From the NCBI GenBank assembly GCA_964412585.1, contig CAYPPJ010000001.1:84151-148150 (forward strand): a stretch of 64,000 nucleotides of DNA, written 5' to 3'. Source of the stretch: an uncultured Candidatus Saccharibacteria bacterium. GTDB lineage: Bacteria; Patescibacteriota; Minisyncoccia; Phycocordibacterales; PALSA-1337. Shown here in pieces: positions 44,783-54,369 of this stretch. The notes beneath the pieces are model-generated. The model had not been told where the DNA came from. It made no database searches and saw nothing but the letters and a program-made list of their open reading frames with translations. The translations under genes and the position numbers were made by a program. The stretch's first letter is position 1. The number at the start of each line of letters is the position of its first letter.

Positions 44783-46669
44783 ATGTTCACCGTCACCCGC
44801 TCCGAACACAACCCTATTCTTTCACCGTTGCGTGAACATTCCTGGGAAGCCGCCGCAGCATTCAATGGCTCACCTGTTGTACAGGGCCGTCGTACAACGT
44901 TGGTATATCGAGCAATGTCAGAACCAGAACTTCTCAAAGAACCTCATATACGAATGTCAGTTATTGCCCGCGCCGATTCAAAGGATGGAGTCAACTATGA
45001 AAATCGCTCAGTGCTCATTTCCCCTGATACAGACTTTGACCGTTATGGATGCGAGGATCCGCGTGTCACCAAAATAGGAAAAACATACTATATTTTTTAT
45101 ACCGGACTTGGCGGATACCCTTTTTCTGCTGACAACATCAAAGTATGTGTCGCGCTGAGTACTGATCTCAAGACAATAACTGAAAAACATGTGGTTACGC
45201 CATTCAACGCAAAGGCTATGGCGCTTTTTCCGGAAAAGATAAACGGCAAGCTGGCGGCACTTGTCACAGTCAACACGGATCGAAAACCTTCAGACATTTG
45301 CTACATTGAATTCAACACACCTGAGGACATATGGTCAGAGGATTATTGGAATGAATGGTATAAAAATCTTGATGCGCACAAACTAAAGATTCGTCGTAAG
45401 GACGATGATCATATTGAGCTTGGCGCCGTGCCCATAAAAACTGAAAAAGGTTGGTTGTTTGTCTATTCTCATATTCAGCGCTATGACAAACCTGACCACG
45501 TCTTTGGTATTGAAACTATTTTGCTTGATCTCAATACCCCCCAAGAAATTATTGCTGGAACAAAAGGACCATTCATGGTTCCTGAGGCGTACTATGAACA
45601 TGTTGGCCAAGTCCCCCATGCCATATTCCCTTCCGGAGCACTTATTCGCGGCGAACGATTGGAAATATACTATGGTGCCGCTGACTCACATTGTTCCGTC
45701 GCGACAATACCAGTCGACGCTCTGCTTGATGGCCTGCTCAATATAGACAAAGAACATTCTCCACTCAAACGCTTCAAAGGAAACCCGATTATTACACCCC
45801 GACCCGGAGTCCTCTGGGAAAGTCGTGGCACACTCAATCCGGCCGCGATCGATATTGGAAACAAAACCCATATTTTGTATCGCGCTGTTTCGGCTGATAA
45901 CGTTTCCACGATCGGTTACGCCAGTACAAGCGATGGCTTTACTATAGAAGAGCGCTCAAACAAGCCCATATACAAGCCGCGCATCAGTTTTGAATCAAAA
46001 GGCTGTGAAGATCCACGCATCATGCTTATTGAAAATCGCATCTATATGACCTATACCGCCTATGATGGAGGACTGCCGCGCGTCGCAGTAACATCTATCT
46101 CTAGTGAAGATTTTCTCAAGAAAAAATGGAGTGCATGGACACAGCCAGAAATTATTTCTCCGATGAACGTAGACAACAAAGACGCCGCTATCTTACCCGA
46201 GGCCACCAATGGAAAATACTTGGTATTTCATCGTGTACATGAAAATATATGTGGCGATTTGCTCAATTCTCTCGATTTTTCAAAAGAAAAAATATCTCGT
46301 TGTATTGATATTCTTGCTCCACGCAAAGGCATGTGGGATGGCATGAAAGTTGGTATCTCAACACCACCTGTGCGCACTACCAAGGGTTGGCTGATGCTCT
46401 ATCATGGAGTCTCCTGGAGTTCTATCTATCGTGTCGGCGCAGTGCTGCTTGATTTCAAGGATCCAACATTAGTATTGGCCCGTACTGCCATTCCATTTTT
46501 TGAGCCGGAAGAATCGTATGAACTGAACGGGATCGTCAACAACGTGGTCTTCCCGTGCGGCATGGTTATTCGTGGTGGAGTCGTATACATCTATTATGGT
46601 GGCGCTGATCTCGTAGTTGGTGTAGCTACAATCAAGCTTGAGGCCCTTATGGAAATGCTCAATAAATGA
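44783..46669 (+). CDS. Tandem double GH130 (two complete GH130 domains in one 628-aa protein)
   Basis: Domain 1 (about 44783-45727) and domain 2 (about 45728-46669) each carry NPxxx/NPAAI, LVYRA/LYRAV and GCEDPR motifs. Both domains are homologous to the upstream GH130 gene. Confidence 0.75.
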   Translation: MFTVTRSEHNPILSPLREHSWEAAAAFNGSPVVQGRRTTLVYRAMSEPELLKEPHIRMSVIARADSKDGVNYENRSVLISPDTDFDRYGCEDPRVTKIGKTYYIFYTGLGGYPFSADNIKVCVALSTDLKTITEKHVVTPFNAKAMALFPEKINGKLAALVTVNTDRKPSDICYIEFNTPEDIWSEDYWNEWYKNLDAHKLKIRRKDDDHIELGAVPIKTEKGWLFVYSHIQRYDKPDHVFGIETILLDLNTPQEIIAGTKGPFMVPEAYYEHVGQVPHAIFPSGALIRGERLEIYYGAADSHCSVATIPVDALLDGLLNIDKEHSPLKRFKGNPIITPRPGVLWESRGTLNPAAIDIGNKTHILYRAVSADNVSTIGYASTSDGFTIEERSNKPIYKPRISFESKGCEDPRIMLIENRIYMTYTAYDGGLPRVAVTSISSEDFLKKKWSAWTQPEIISPMNVDNKDAAILPEATNGKYLVFHRVHENICGDLLNSLDFSKEKISRCIDILAPRKGMWDGMKVGISTPPVRTTKGWLMLYHGVSWSSIYRVGAVLLDFKDPTLVLARTAIPFFEPEESYELNGIVNNVVFPCGMVIRGGVVYIYYGGADLVVGVATIKLEALMEMLNK

Positions 46670-47421
46670 CCTCTGTATTTTCAAAACAGCTCATCATGTT
46701 TGATCTTGATGGCACACTTGGGAAAAGCAAGTGCGCTCTCGATCCTGAGATGGAACAGCTTCTGCAAAAACTTATCACCATAAAAAAGGTGGCTATTATT
46801 TCTGGTGGAGGCTACCCGCAATTTCAGACCCAAGTGCTGAATGCTTTTCCTCGCGATGAGCATTTTACCAATCTATTTCTGTTACCCACCTCCGGTACTC
46901 GGCTGTATTCATGGCGCGGAACATGGAACGAACAATACGCGGAGCACCTTTCCCCTCGCGAAAAGGAAAAAGTCATGGTTTCGCTCAATATGGCACTCAA
47001 GCAAGCCGGCCATATCCAACCAGCAAAGACATATGGTCCGATTATTGAAGATCGGGGATCACAAATCACTTTCTCCGCCCTCGGACAGCAGGCTCCCGTT
47101 GAAGAAAAAGCTGTATGGGATCCTACTCGAGAAAAACGCGAAGCAATCGTCTCTTTTTTACAACCTCGAATACCTGAATTTGATGTTCGTATTGGCGGAA
47201 GCACGTCCATAGATATTACCAAGAAGGGTGTCAATAAAGCCTACGGTATCCGCAAGCTTGAGGAATTTTTACATCTGACTCCCGATGATATTATATTTGT
47301 TGGTGATACTCTGTTTCCCGGCGGCAACGACTACCCCGCAAAGGCAACGGGTGTTGACTGTATTCCTGTCAAAAATCCCGAGGATACAAAAAAACTGATC
47401 AGTGGATGGCTCAACGAGTAA
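46666..47421 (+). CDS. Phosphomannomutase of the eukaryotic type (HAD-IIB family)
   Basis: HAD motif I FDLDGTL. The C-terminal FVGDTLFPGGNDYP...PEDT aligns with eukaryotic PMM (FFGDKTMPGGNDHE...PEDT). The start overlaps the GH130 stop. Confidence 0.7.
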   Translation: MTSVFSKQLIMFDLDGTLGKSKCALDPEMEQLLQKLITIKKVAIISGGGYPQFQTQVLNAFPRDEHFTNLFLLPTSGTRLYSWRGTWNEQYAEHLSPREKEKVMVSLNMALKQAGHIQPAKTYGPIIEDRGSQITFSALGQQAPVEEKAVWDPTREKREAIVSFLQPRIPEFDVRIGGSTSIDITKKGVNKAYGIRKLEEFLHLTPDDIIFVGDTLFPGGNDYPAKATGVDCIPVKNPEDTKKLISGWLNE

Positions 47422-48352
47422 CTTTCTTTTCGAATTCTCTGATGAGGATTCGCGTGTCATTTTCGCGCGCCCCAAACGAGCTACCAAGAATGATGAACAC
47501 AATCTGTTGACCATTGATGTCGAGAATAGTCATCATCGTTTCTCCGGCCAACGTCGTACGCCCGGTCTTGCCACCAATAAATCGCGGATCATTCACAAAC
47601 GGATGTGTACTCGTAACCAGGTGACCACCATGCTCAGTAGTCGTCGCGAGTGTCATCTCGGGCGTTCTGGTGATAGTCAAGATATCTGGGCGATAATTGA
47701 CGAGGTATTTCGCCAGTTCAAATAGATCTTTTGCTGACGCGGCGTTTTGTGGACTCACGCCAGAAGGGTCGGCAAAGAAACTTGAGGGCATGCCAACCTC
47801 CCAGGCATAACTACTCATCATTTCCATAAAGCGGGCACGATTTCCTTTTGAGAGTGAGATCGCTTCGGCTGCAACATTAGAAGAACTCAAGAGAAGCGGG
47901 TGGAGTATTTCTTCCAGTGAATAGCTTTCATTGGCCTGCAGATTGCTGGTGTCGGGTGGTGCAGATAATGTACTCGAAGCAATACGTATAGTGGTTGTCG
48001 GCCCCATCATGTCAGTCGCCACGAACGCCGTCACTAGTTTTGACATCGAGGCAACTGGCAGTGATTTGCTACTATTACGCTCTACATAAATAGTTCCCGT
48101 TTTAATATCTCCAACAAGATATGCGTGCGCAGTGAGTCCAGGTATAGGATTGATCGGTTTTTTTGTTGTCTGCACACCATCGGTTTCGAGAAATGCGGGA
48201 TCGAGGGCCGAAGCCGAGTCACTGTCTGTATCCATATCAATACCGATGCCACTCTGAGGTGCAGGAGTCTTGCCTATTTGAGTCGCGGCAGTTATGCCAA
48301 CGAGTGCCAAACAGATGCACATAAGAAGTATGAGACGTCCTTTGGTTTGCAT
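47411..48352 (-). CDS. D-alanyl-D-alanine carboxypeptidase (peptidase S11, PBP5/6-like)
   Basis: Signal peptide. SxxK (ASMSKL), SxN (SSSN) and KTG (KTGRT) motifs. Confidence 0.75.
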   Translation of the reverse strand: MQTKGRLILLMCICLALVGITAATQIGKTPAPQSGIGIDMDTDSDSASALDPAFLETDGVQTTKKPINPIPGLTAHAYLVGDIKTGTIYVERNSSKSLPVASMSKLVTAFVATDMMGPTTTIRIASSTLSAPPDTSNLQANESYSLEEILHPLLLSSSNVAAEAISLSKGNRARFMEMMSSYAWEVGMPSSFFADPSGVSPQNAASAKDLFELAKYLVNYRPDILTITRTPEMTLATTTEHGGHLVTSTHPFVNDPRFIGGKTGRTTLAGETMMTILDINGQQIVFIILGSSFGARENDTRILIREFEKKVTR

Positions 48353-48376
48353 CCTCTATATGGTATCACGGTAGCA

Positions 48377-48973
48377 CTATCGCGTCACCGAGATAGTTGG
48401 TGTCAATTCTCCTGTAGAACTGGCTGTTATGCGACCATTCGTATCTCGAGCAAATTCGTAGACCGTATCATAATCGCTGACATCCACAAAATGTGCGCCT
48501 GGTGCAGAAGGGTCAAACGGGAGTGCTGACAAATAATCTGGCACAAGACATGGCGCAATGTCTCCCGGTGTATTTGGTGTACTATCGCTTTTGATGCGAG
48601 TAAAAGATGTAGGGATATCTTTTGGTGAATCCCCGCATACAAAAGTACCTTTGTGCTCGGAAATATTCTGATGGATGGCGTTCAACAACGAGTTTACATT
48701 ACTCACTCGTTGCGAATCGCGAGCAAGTTTGAATTGACGTGATGGATTGACTGCGACAAGGACGACAGCGGCAAGTATGGCAATAATGCCGATAACAACA
48801 AGTATTTCTATAAGAGTGAACCCTGCTCGTGAGCCTACAGCTCCTGATGTGAACGTACGAGGTGTATACGATTTTAAGAGATGTTTCGGGACTCTTTTGT
48901 AATGAAGCTTATCCACAGAACGAATCCGAGGTGGATATACTCTTTTTTTATGATCAAACCTATGTGTATTCAT
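48377..48973 (-). CDS. Type IV pilin / pseudopilin-like protein with an unusually long basic leader
   Basis: The class III signal reads G-FTLIEILVVIGIIAILAAVV. About 50 basic residues precede the G/F cleavage site. No alternative start codon sits closer to it. Confidence 0.65.
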   Translation of the reverse strand: MNTHRFDHKKRVYPPRIRSVDKLHYKRVPKHLLKSYTPRTFTSGAVGSRAGFTLIEILVVIGIIAILAAVVLVAVNPSRQFKLARDSQRVSNVNSLLNAIHQNISEHKGTFVCGDSPKDIPTSFTRIKSDSTPNTPGDIAPCLVPDYLSALPFDPSAPGAHFVDVSDYDTVYEFARDTNGRITASSTGELTPTISVTR

Positions 48974-49185
48974 ATTGAATGTGTCTTATTAATAATAAGT
49001 ACACAGTATCAAAGCGAAATGAAGAAACGCTGGAGAGATGATAAAGATTCGCTGAAGATGTAAAAATGTGGTCAAGTGTTACACAAAATGACTACCTATA
49101 TGACCGCACATTTCTCCACATTTTGTCCCCCATTCCCCGCTCCGTGTTCAATTTTCCTTGTACTTCCATATGTTACAATCTGCAC

Positions 49186-50565
49186 ATGAGTACGACATCG
49201 CCTTATTTCAAAACAAAAGATTTGAAGATACCGCCTCAAAACATTGAGGCGGAAAAGGCATTGCTCGGGTCAGTGATGATCCGCGGCGAAGTCATGCATG
49301 ATCTCATCGATATTGTGGGCGAGTCATCATTCTATTCAAATCAACACAAAGCCATTTGGGCAACTTTGTTTGAGCTTCATACAAAAGGTACTCCCATTGA
49401 CCTCCTTTCAGTATCTGCACGTCTCAAAGAAAAAGGTCTACTCGAGCAAAGTGGCGGCACATCATATCTGACAGAGATCATCAATGTCGTCCCCTCATCG
49501 ACAAATGCCAGCCATTACGCAGAGATCGTGCAGAAGAAGCACATTATGCGTGAGTTATTGCGTGCTGCTGAACACATCACGGGCCTCGGATATGATGAAG
49601 AAGGAGAAATGCATGATATTTTGGAAAAAGCTGAAAAAGCTCTGTACGCAGTCACCAACAAGACTGGTTCACACAAGTTCGTAGCGCTCAAAGACACGCT
49701 CCATGAAGCCTGGGAACGTCTCGATCACCTTCACAAAACAAAGGACGAACTCCGTGGCGTGCCGACCGGGTTTGCCGAGCTTGATAACAAGCTTGCCGGT
49801 ATGCAAAAGTCGGACCTGATCATTCTCGCGGCACGTCCATCTATGGGTAAGACCTCCCTCGCACTTGATATCGCACGAAAAGCCGCTGTCAATCACAAAG
49901 TTCCTGTTGCTATCTTTTCTCTTGAAATGAGCTCTCAACAACTGGTGGACCGTATGTTGGCAGCCGAGTCCCAAGTCGACTCATGGAAGATTCGTACCGG
50001 CCACAACCTCTCAGTTACTGATGACTTCAAAGCCATTGGGGATGCCATAGGCCGATTATCCGAAGCCCCTATTTTTATCGACGACCAAGCCGGCAATAAT
50101 ATGCTCAAAATGCGTGCCACCGCACGCCGCCTCAAGAACGAAAAAGGTCTAGGCCTTATTGTTGTTGATTATCTCCAACTCATCATCCCAACACAGACAC
50201 GTGGTACCGATAATTTGGTTCAGCAGATTACCGAAATCTCACATGCTCTGAAAAATCTTGCCCGTGAACTCGAAGTTCCCGTCCTTGCTCTCTCACAGCT
50301 CTCCCGTGCCGTCGAACAGCGTGGTGGTAAACCTCGCCTTTCTGACCTTCGCGACTCCGGTTCCATCGAGCAGGATGCTGATGTGGTCATGTTCATTCAT
50401 CGCGAGTCAGACCAAGACCAAGGTGGACGCAAAGAAGAAGCTGAGATCCTCATCGAAAAGCACCGCAATGGTCCGACTGGTATCGCCAAGCTTTACTTTG
50501 ATAGCAAGAAGACAACATTCCTTAGTATGGATAAGGCGGATTTTGGTGGATTTGAGAAAGTGTAG
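49186..50565 (+). CDS. dnaB: Replicative DNA helicase DnaB
   Basis: An N-terminal DnaB domain (NIEAEKALLGSVM) is followed by Walker A GARPSMGKTS, Walker B IVVDYLQLI and an arginine finger. There is no intein. I prefer the start at MSTTSPYF. Confidence 0.9.
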   Translation: MSTTSPYFKTKDLKIPPQNIEAEKALLGSVMIRGEVMHDLIDIVGESSFYSNQHKAIWATLFELHTKGTPIDLLSVSARLKEKGLLEQSGGTSYLTEIINVVPSSTNASHYAEIVQKKHIMRELLRAAEHITGLGYDEEGEMHDILEKAEKALYAVTNKTGSHKFVALKDTLHEAWERLDHLHKTKDELRGVPTGFAELDNKLAGMQKSDLIILAARPSMGKTSLALDIARKAAVNHKVPVAIFSLEMSSQQLVDRMLAAESQVDSWKIRTGHNLSVTDDFKAIGDAIGRLSEAPIFIDDQAGNNMLKMRATARRLKNEKGLGLIVVDYLQLIIPTQTRGTDNLVQQITEISHALKNLARELEVPVLALSQLSRAVEQRGGKPRLSDLRDSGSIEQDADVVMFIHRESDQDQGGRKEEAEILIEKHRNGPTGIAKLYFDSKKTTFLSMDKADFGGFEKV

Positions 50566-50577
50566 TATTAACAGATT

Positions 50578-51210
50578 ATGGACAGCTTACATCGGCTCGA
50601 AGAACTCTTCACTAAATTCCCTGGTATTGGCCCACGACAAGCCAAGCGTTTTGTCTATTATATGTTGAGTAAGTCTCCTTCATATATCAAAGAATTCACC
50701 CAGCTTCTCGAGGAGGTCAAGAAATCGAGTCATGAATGCGAACAGTGCCATCGTTTCTTTAGTGGCACCTCCTCCAATCCCAAGTCTCAAGTCTCAAGCT
50801 TCTGCCCTACCTGCCTTGATAAATCACGCGACCAATCTCTCCTCATGATTGTTGCGCGCGATTCAGATTTTGAAACCGTCGAGAAAAGTGGCGCCTACAA
50901 GGGACTCTATTTCATTCTTGGAGGAACTGTGCCTATTCTCGACAAAGAACCGGAGAAGCGTATTAGACTAAAATCATTACTCGAATCAGTTACGAGTCGG
51001 GGCCAGCAGATCAAGGAAATCATTCTATCGCTCAATGCGACGCCTGATGGCGAACATACCGCCACCATCACTAAAGAAGCCTTGCAAAAAGTGACTAAAA
51101 ACTGGTCACTTTCCATTTCGGTACTCGGACGCGGCCTTTCGACAGGAGCTGAACTTGAATACGTTGACGGCGATACAATAAAAAATGCCCTGCGCAACAG
51201 GACAACCTAG
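50578..51210 (+). CDS. recR: Recombination protein RecR
   Basis: HhH motif (FPGIGPRQAKR). The C4 zinc finger (CEQCHRF...CPTCLD) carries a short insertion. Toprim domain present. Confidence 0.85.
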   Translation: MDSLHRLEELFTKFPGIGPRQAKRFVYYMLSKSPSYIKEFTQLLEEVKKSSHECEQCHRFFSGTSSNPKSQVSSFCPTCLDKSRDQSLLMIVARDSDFETVEKSGAYKGLYFILGGTVPILDKEPEKRIRLKSLLESVTSRGQQIKEIILSLNATPDGEHTATITKEALQKVTKNWSLSISVLGRGLSTGAELEYVDGDTIKNALRNRTT

Positions 51211-51224
51211 CTCGGAACGTCTAG

Positions 51225-51740
51225 CTATTTTATTTTCTTTGATGTTGGATTGAATGGATTCTCTGTGGCGACAGTCTCGGTCTCAAGTGAACTGTCTCCC
51301 GTCACATATGTAGTATCGAAAAACTGCTCTGAACCATTGATCTTATAGGAAAGCCGAACAAATATAGGTTCACTATTTTGTGGAATATTATCAACAACAA
51401 CCATCGTTTCGTTGCCAGCATTGAGGTGTCCCACATTGACTCCACCCTTGTAGGTACCTATGAAGACACGGTAGTCGGAGGCTCCCGGAATAGGCTCCCA
51501 TGAAATAATCTCGCTCGAATCAATAGTTGATCCGGGCTGAGGGAGGAGCTTGACCTTGCTGGCAAGACTCTGATCGCGTCTCATTGCCTGAATAACTACC
51601 GCGCCGTTTTCTGCCTGCCAAACATCACGTATTGTGACGTGCTCGAGAGCATTGCTCACCTGGTACACCAAAGCTGAACCGAGGACGACCCCTACGAGCA
51701 ATCCAGTTTTCGGAAGAGATTTTTTGCTAAAGATATGCAT
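51225..51740 (-). CDS. Hypothetical secreted or membrane-anchored protein (171 aa)
   Basis: A signal-anchor is followed by a beta-rich domain. I recognised no motif. Confidence 0.5.
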   Translation of the reverse strand: MHIFSKKSLPKTGLLVGVVLGSALVYQVSNALEHVTIRDVWQAENGAVVIQAMRRDQSLASKVKLLPQPGSTIDSSEIISWEPIPGASDYRVFIGTYKGGVNVGHLNAGNETMVVVDNIPQNSEPIFVRLSYKINGSEQFFDTTYVTGDSSLETETVATENPFNPTSKKIK

Positions 51741-51820
51741 GAAAATAGTCTATCGTGGATAATTATACCACGAAAAAATGCGCACGCAGCGCATCTTTGC
51801 TGGGGAAATCTTTATAGCGA

Positions 51821-52135
51821 TTATTTGAGGCTATCAATCTTGACCTTGAAGAATGGCTGGCGATGACCGTTTTTCTTGTAGTAACGGCTCTTTTGCTTGT
51901 AGTGAACCACCATAATCTTTGGTGCGCGGCCAATCTCGGTAATAGTCGCAGCAACAGAAGCCTTTGCGATATACGGTGTACCGATAGTCGTATCCTTGCC
52001 ATCATCCATAAGGAGAACCTTGTCGAATTTCACCTTATCGCCAACTTTGTACTCGCCAGAAAGCTTCTCAATTGCGACAACGTCGCCCTTTGAGACTGTG
52101 TATTGCTTGCCACCGGTTGCGATAACTGCGAATTC
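51821..52135 (-). CDS. rplU: 50S ribosomal protein L21
   Basis: MEFAVIATGGKQYTVSKGDVV... aligns with bL21 over its full length. The ORF-track N-terminal extension is not used. Confidence 0.85.
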   Translation of the reverse strand, partial: EFAVIATGGKQYTVSKGDVVAIEKLSGEYKVGDKVKFDKVLLMDDGKDTTIGTPYIAKASVAATITEIGRAPKIMVVHYKQKSRYYKKNGHRQPFFKVKIDSLK

Positions 52136-52204
52136 CATAGTCAGAACATTATACATGAAGACACAAAAAACGCAAATATGCGCCCACACATCGGCCTATT
52201 TTGC

Positions 52205-53299
52205 CTATTCTTCCTCTGTTTCGGGCTTTTCTATCATTGCCACCTCGATCCCTGGTGTTTCCCCCGTAATACGTAGAACGTCCTTATCCACCTTTTTGAG
52301 CTCCTTTCCTGAGTTATTGTAGTGGTTGACCACCGTCGAGAGTGAGGTGCCCAACTTGATGTGATACTCCTCATATTTCTTGAGATGCGAACCAAGTTGG
52401 CCAACATGCTTCACAATATCCTTGGCAGTCTCCTCGATCTGCATGGCCTTCAATCCCTGCAAAACTGTCTGCAGATATGCCAAGAATGAGGTCGGCGAAA
52501 CAATGATGACTTTGTACTTTGTGGCCGCGCGCTGGATCAAATTATCGGTTTCTTCAACACTCGCACCAATCTTATTGACCAAGAGATCGTAATAAATGGC
52601 CTCATGTGGAATAAACATGAAAGCAAAATCCATGGTCTTCTCTGCTGGGCGAACATACTTTGCCGTTTCCTGAATACGTAGTTTCAAATCATTCACGAAA
52701 GCTTTCTCCAGCTTCTCTTTTTCAGCCGGATTCTTTTCTTCGACGAGTTTGTTGTAATTTTCAAGCGAAAACTTTGAGTCGATCGGGATAACCTTATCTT
52801 TGACAAATACCGCCGCATCCACTACTTCTCCATTTTTAAACGCGTACTGCATCTGGTACTGTCCTGGCGCCAAGACATTTTTGAGCAATGTCTCGAGATA
52901 ATATTCACCCAAAATGCCGCGATGTTTTGGATTTTTGAGAATGTCTTGGAGGTTCTGGAGCTGATCAGCAAATGACACCACCTGTTTGTTGGTCTCATCA
53001 AGCTTCGTGAGGCCCTGTGTCACTTCGCGAATGAGCTTTGAAGATTCCGAAAGCTGAACACGCATCGAATCCTGCATGTTCTTTGATGATTCATTCATCT
53101 TGTGGTCCACCGTCCTGGTCAAATCTCCCACCTTGCGGTCAACCGTACGCGAGACTTCGTTCATCTGCTCGAGAATGAGTTTGAGAGCTGTATCATCCTT
53201 TGGCGCCGGCTCTGCGGACTTTTTGCGCATGAAATACACCACAATGAAAATGTTGGCGAGAATGGCGATGGCGACGAGAACAATGAGGATGGTGATCAT
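52205..53299 (-). CDS. rmuC: DNA recombination protein RmuC
   Basis: An N-terminal TM helix is followed by a long coiled-coil and a C-terminal RmuC nuclease-like domain. Start chosen at MITILIVL. Confidence 0.75.
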   Translation of the reverse strand: MITILIVLVAIAILANIFIVVYFMRKKSAEPAPKDDTALKLILEQMNEVSRTVDRKVGDLTRTVDHKMNESSKNMQDSMRVQLSESSKLIREVTQGLTKLDETNKQVVSFADQLQNLQDILKNPKHRGILGEYYLETLLKNVLAPGQYQMQYAFKNGEVVDAAVFVKDKVIPIDSKFSLENYNKLVEEKNPAEKEKLEKAFVNDLKLRIQETAKYVRPAEKTMDFAFMFIPHEAIYYDLLVNKIGASVEETDNLIQRAATKYKVIIVSPTSFLAYLQTVLQGLKAMQIEETAKDIVKHVGQLGSHLKKYEEYHIKLGTSLSTVVNHYNNSGKELKKVDKDVLRITGETPGIEVAMIEKPETEEE

Positions 53300-53354
53300 G
53301 GGGTAAGTATACGAGGAAATTGGGGAAATAAAAAGCGAACACAACAAATAGCTA

Positions 53355-53753
53355 TTAATTCCATTTTAGTTGTTTCAGCATCCCCGAAAGTTCAGATGGC
53401 GAGTCGTAGAAAATAATATGTCTGGCAACACCTTGAATAGTTGTGGAAATATCGGAGTCTTTTTTTGCGATAATAACTATCGGTTTTTTTCTGGCATACG
53501 CATACCCCGCCACAATGCCAAGACCTACACCTTTCTCTGAGAACTCAATGACGAGCATGTCCGCTTCATCAATAGATTTGAAGGCAAATTCCATCAGTTC
53601 AGTTGCAGTTACCTGATTGGCACCCCATTTTTCAATATCACGAACAGCAATTGTTGTTGAAATCCCGATAGATTCAAGAGTATCGGAAAGGGATTCGATT
53701 TTTTGTCGATCTGAAAAATCTTCTTTAAATTTGATAGCTAAATAGACTTTCAT
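53355..53753 (-). CDS. Nucleoside 2-deoxyribosyltransferase-like (NDT-fold Rossmann) protein, probably non-catalytic
   Basis: MKVYLAIKF...EADMLVIEFSEKGVGLGIVAGYAYARKKPIVII aligns with the NDT family. The catalytic Glu of the SGTxWE motif is absent. Confidence 0.55.
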   Translation of the reverse strand: MKVYLAIKFKEDFSDRQKIESLSDTLESIGISTTIAVRDIEKWGANQVTATELMEFAFKSIDEADMLVIEFSEKGVGLGIVAGYAYARKKPIVIIAKKDSDISTTIQGVARHIIFYDSPSELSGMLKQLKWN

Positions 53754-53814
53754 GCACATCAACAGTATACATGAAACTATTTTATCCTGTATACTCAACA
53801 GAGAAGAAAAACGT

Positions 53815-54255
53815 ATGCAAAACCATATTGATAGACCTTTCGGATCACTTGATATCGAAACAATTACTGCCGGTGATTCATTTCAAGGGAGACTAACCTT
53901 GGGACAAGGAATGACGATCAGAACCATATACTTCATGTGTATTGGAATGTCGTCTCCCAACGCACAATACGAGCTCTCCTTGTTTGCAGACGCCAAGCAC
54001 AATGAGTCGCTCGCAGATGCCACCTTGGAGTTGGTAGGTGGAAATACCCATTGTATTAATATCAAGACAACTGACCATGAGATCGAGACTGATCCGAAAG
54101 AAATCGCCTTGTTAAAATTTACACATGCAGTGTGTTCCATGTTGATAAGTCACATGGTTCGTGCCGGAAAAAGCAGTGAGCATTACGAAATAGGGCCGCA
54201 AGCACTACTTGACTTCGAGCGATTAACTCAAGTCTCTATCAGTGAATTACCTTGA
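53815..54255 (+). CDS. Hypothetical protein (about 146 aa)
   Basis: Intact ORF divergent from the NDT-like gene. A terminator follows. I recognised no domain. Confidence 0.4.
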   Translation: MQNHIDRPFGSLDIETITAGDSFQGRLTLGQGMTIRTIYFMCIGMSSPNAQYELSLFADAKHNESLADATLELVGGNTHCINIKTTDHEIETDPKEIALLKFTHAVCSMLISHMVRAGKSSEHYEIGPQALLDFERLTQVSISELP

Positions 54256-54261
54256 GACTCC

Positions 54262-54290
54262 AGCGCGGAATTTCCGCGCTTTATTATTTG
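54262..54290 (+). terminator. Rho-independent terminator
   Basis: AGCGCGG-aattt-CCGCGCT is followed by TTATTATTTG. Confidence 0.65.
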
Positions 54291-54369
54291 TAAAAAGTAA
54301 GATAGTGACAAAGAGCAATTTGACACCTAATTACATATGTGATAATGTTTTTCAAGGAGAAATGAACCT

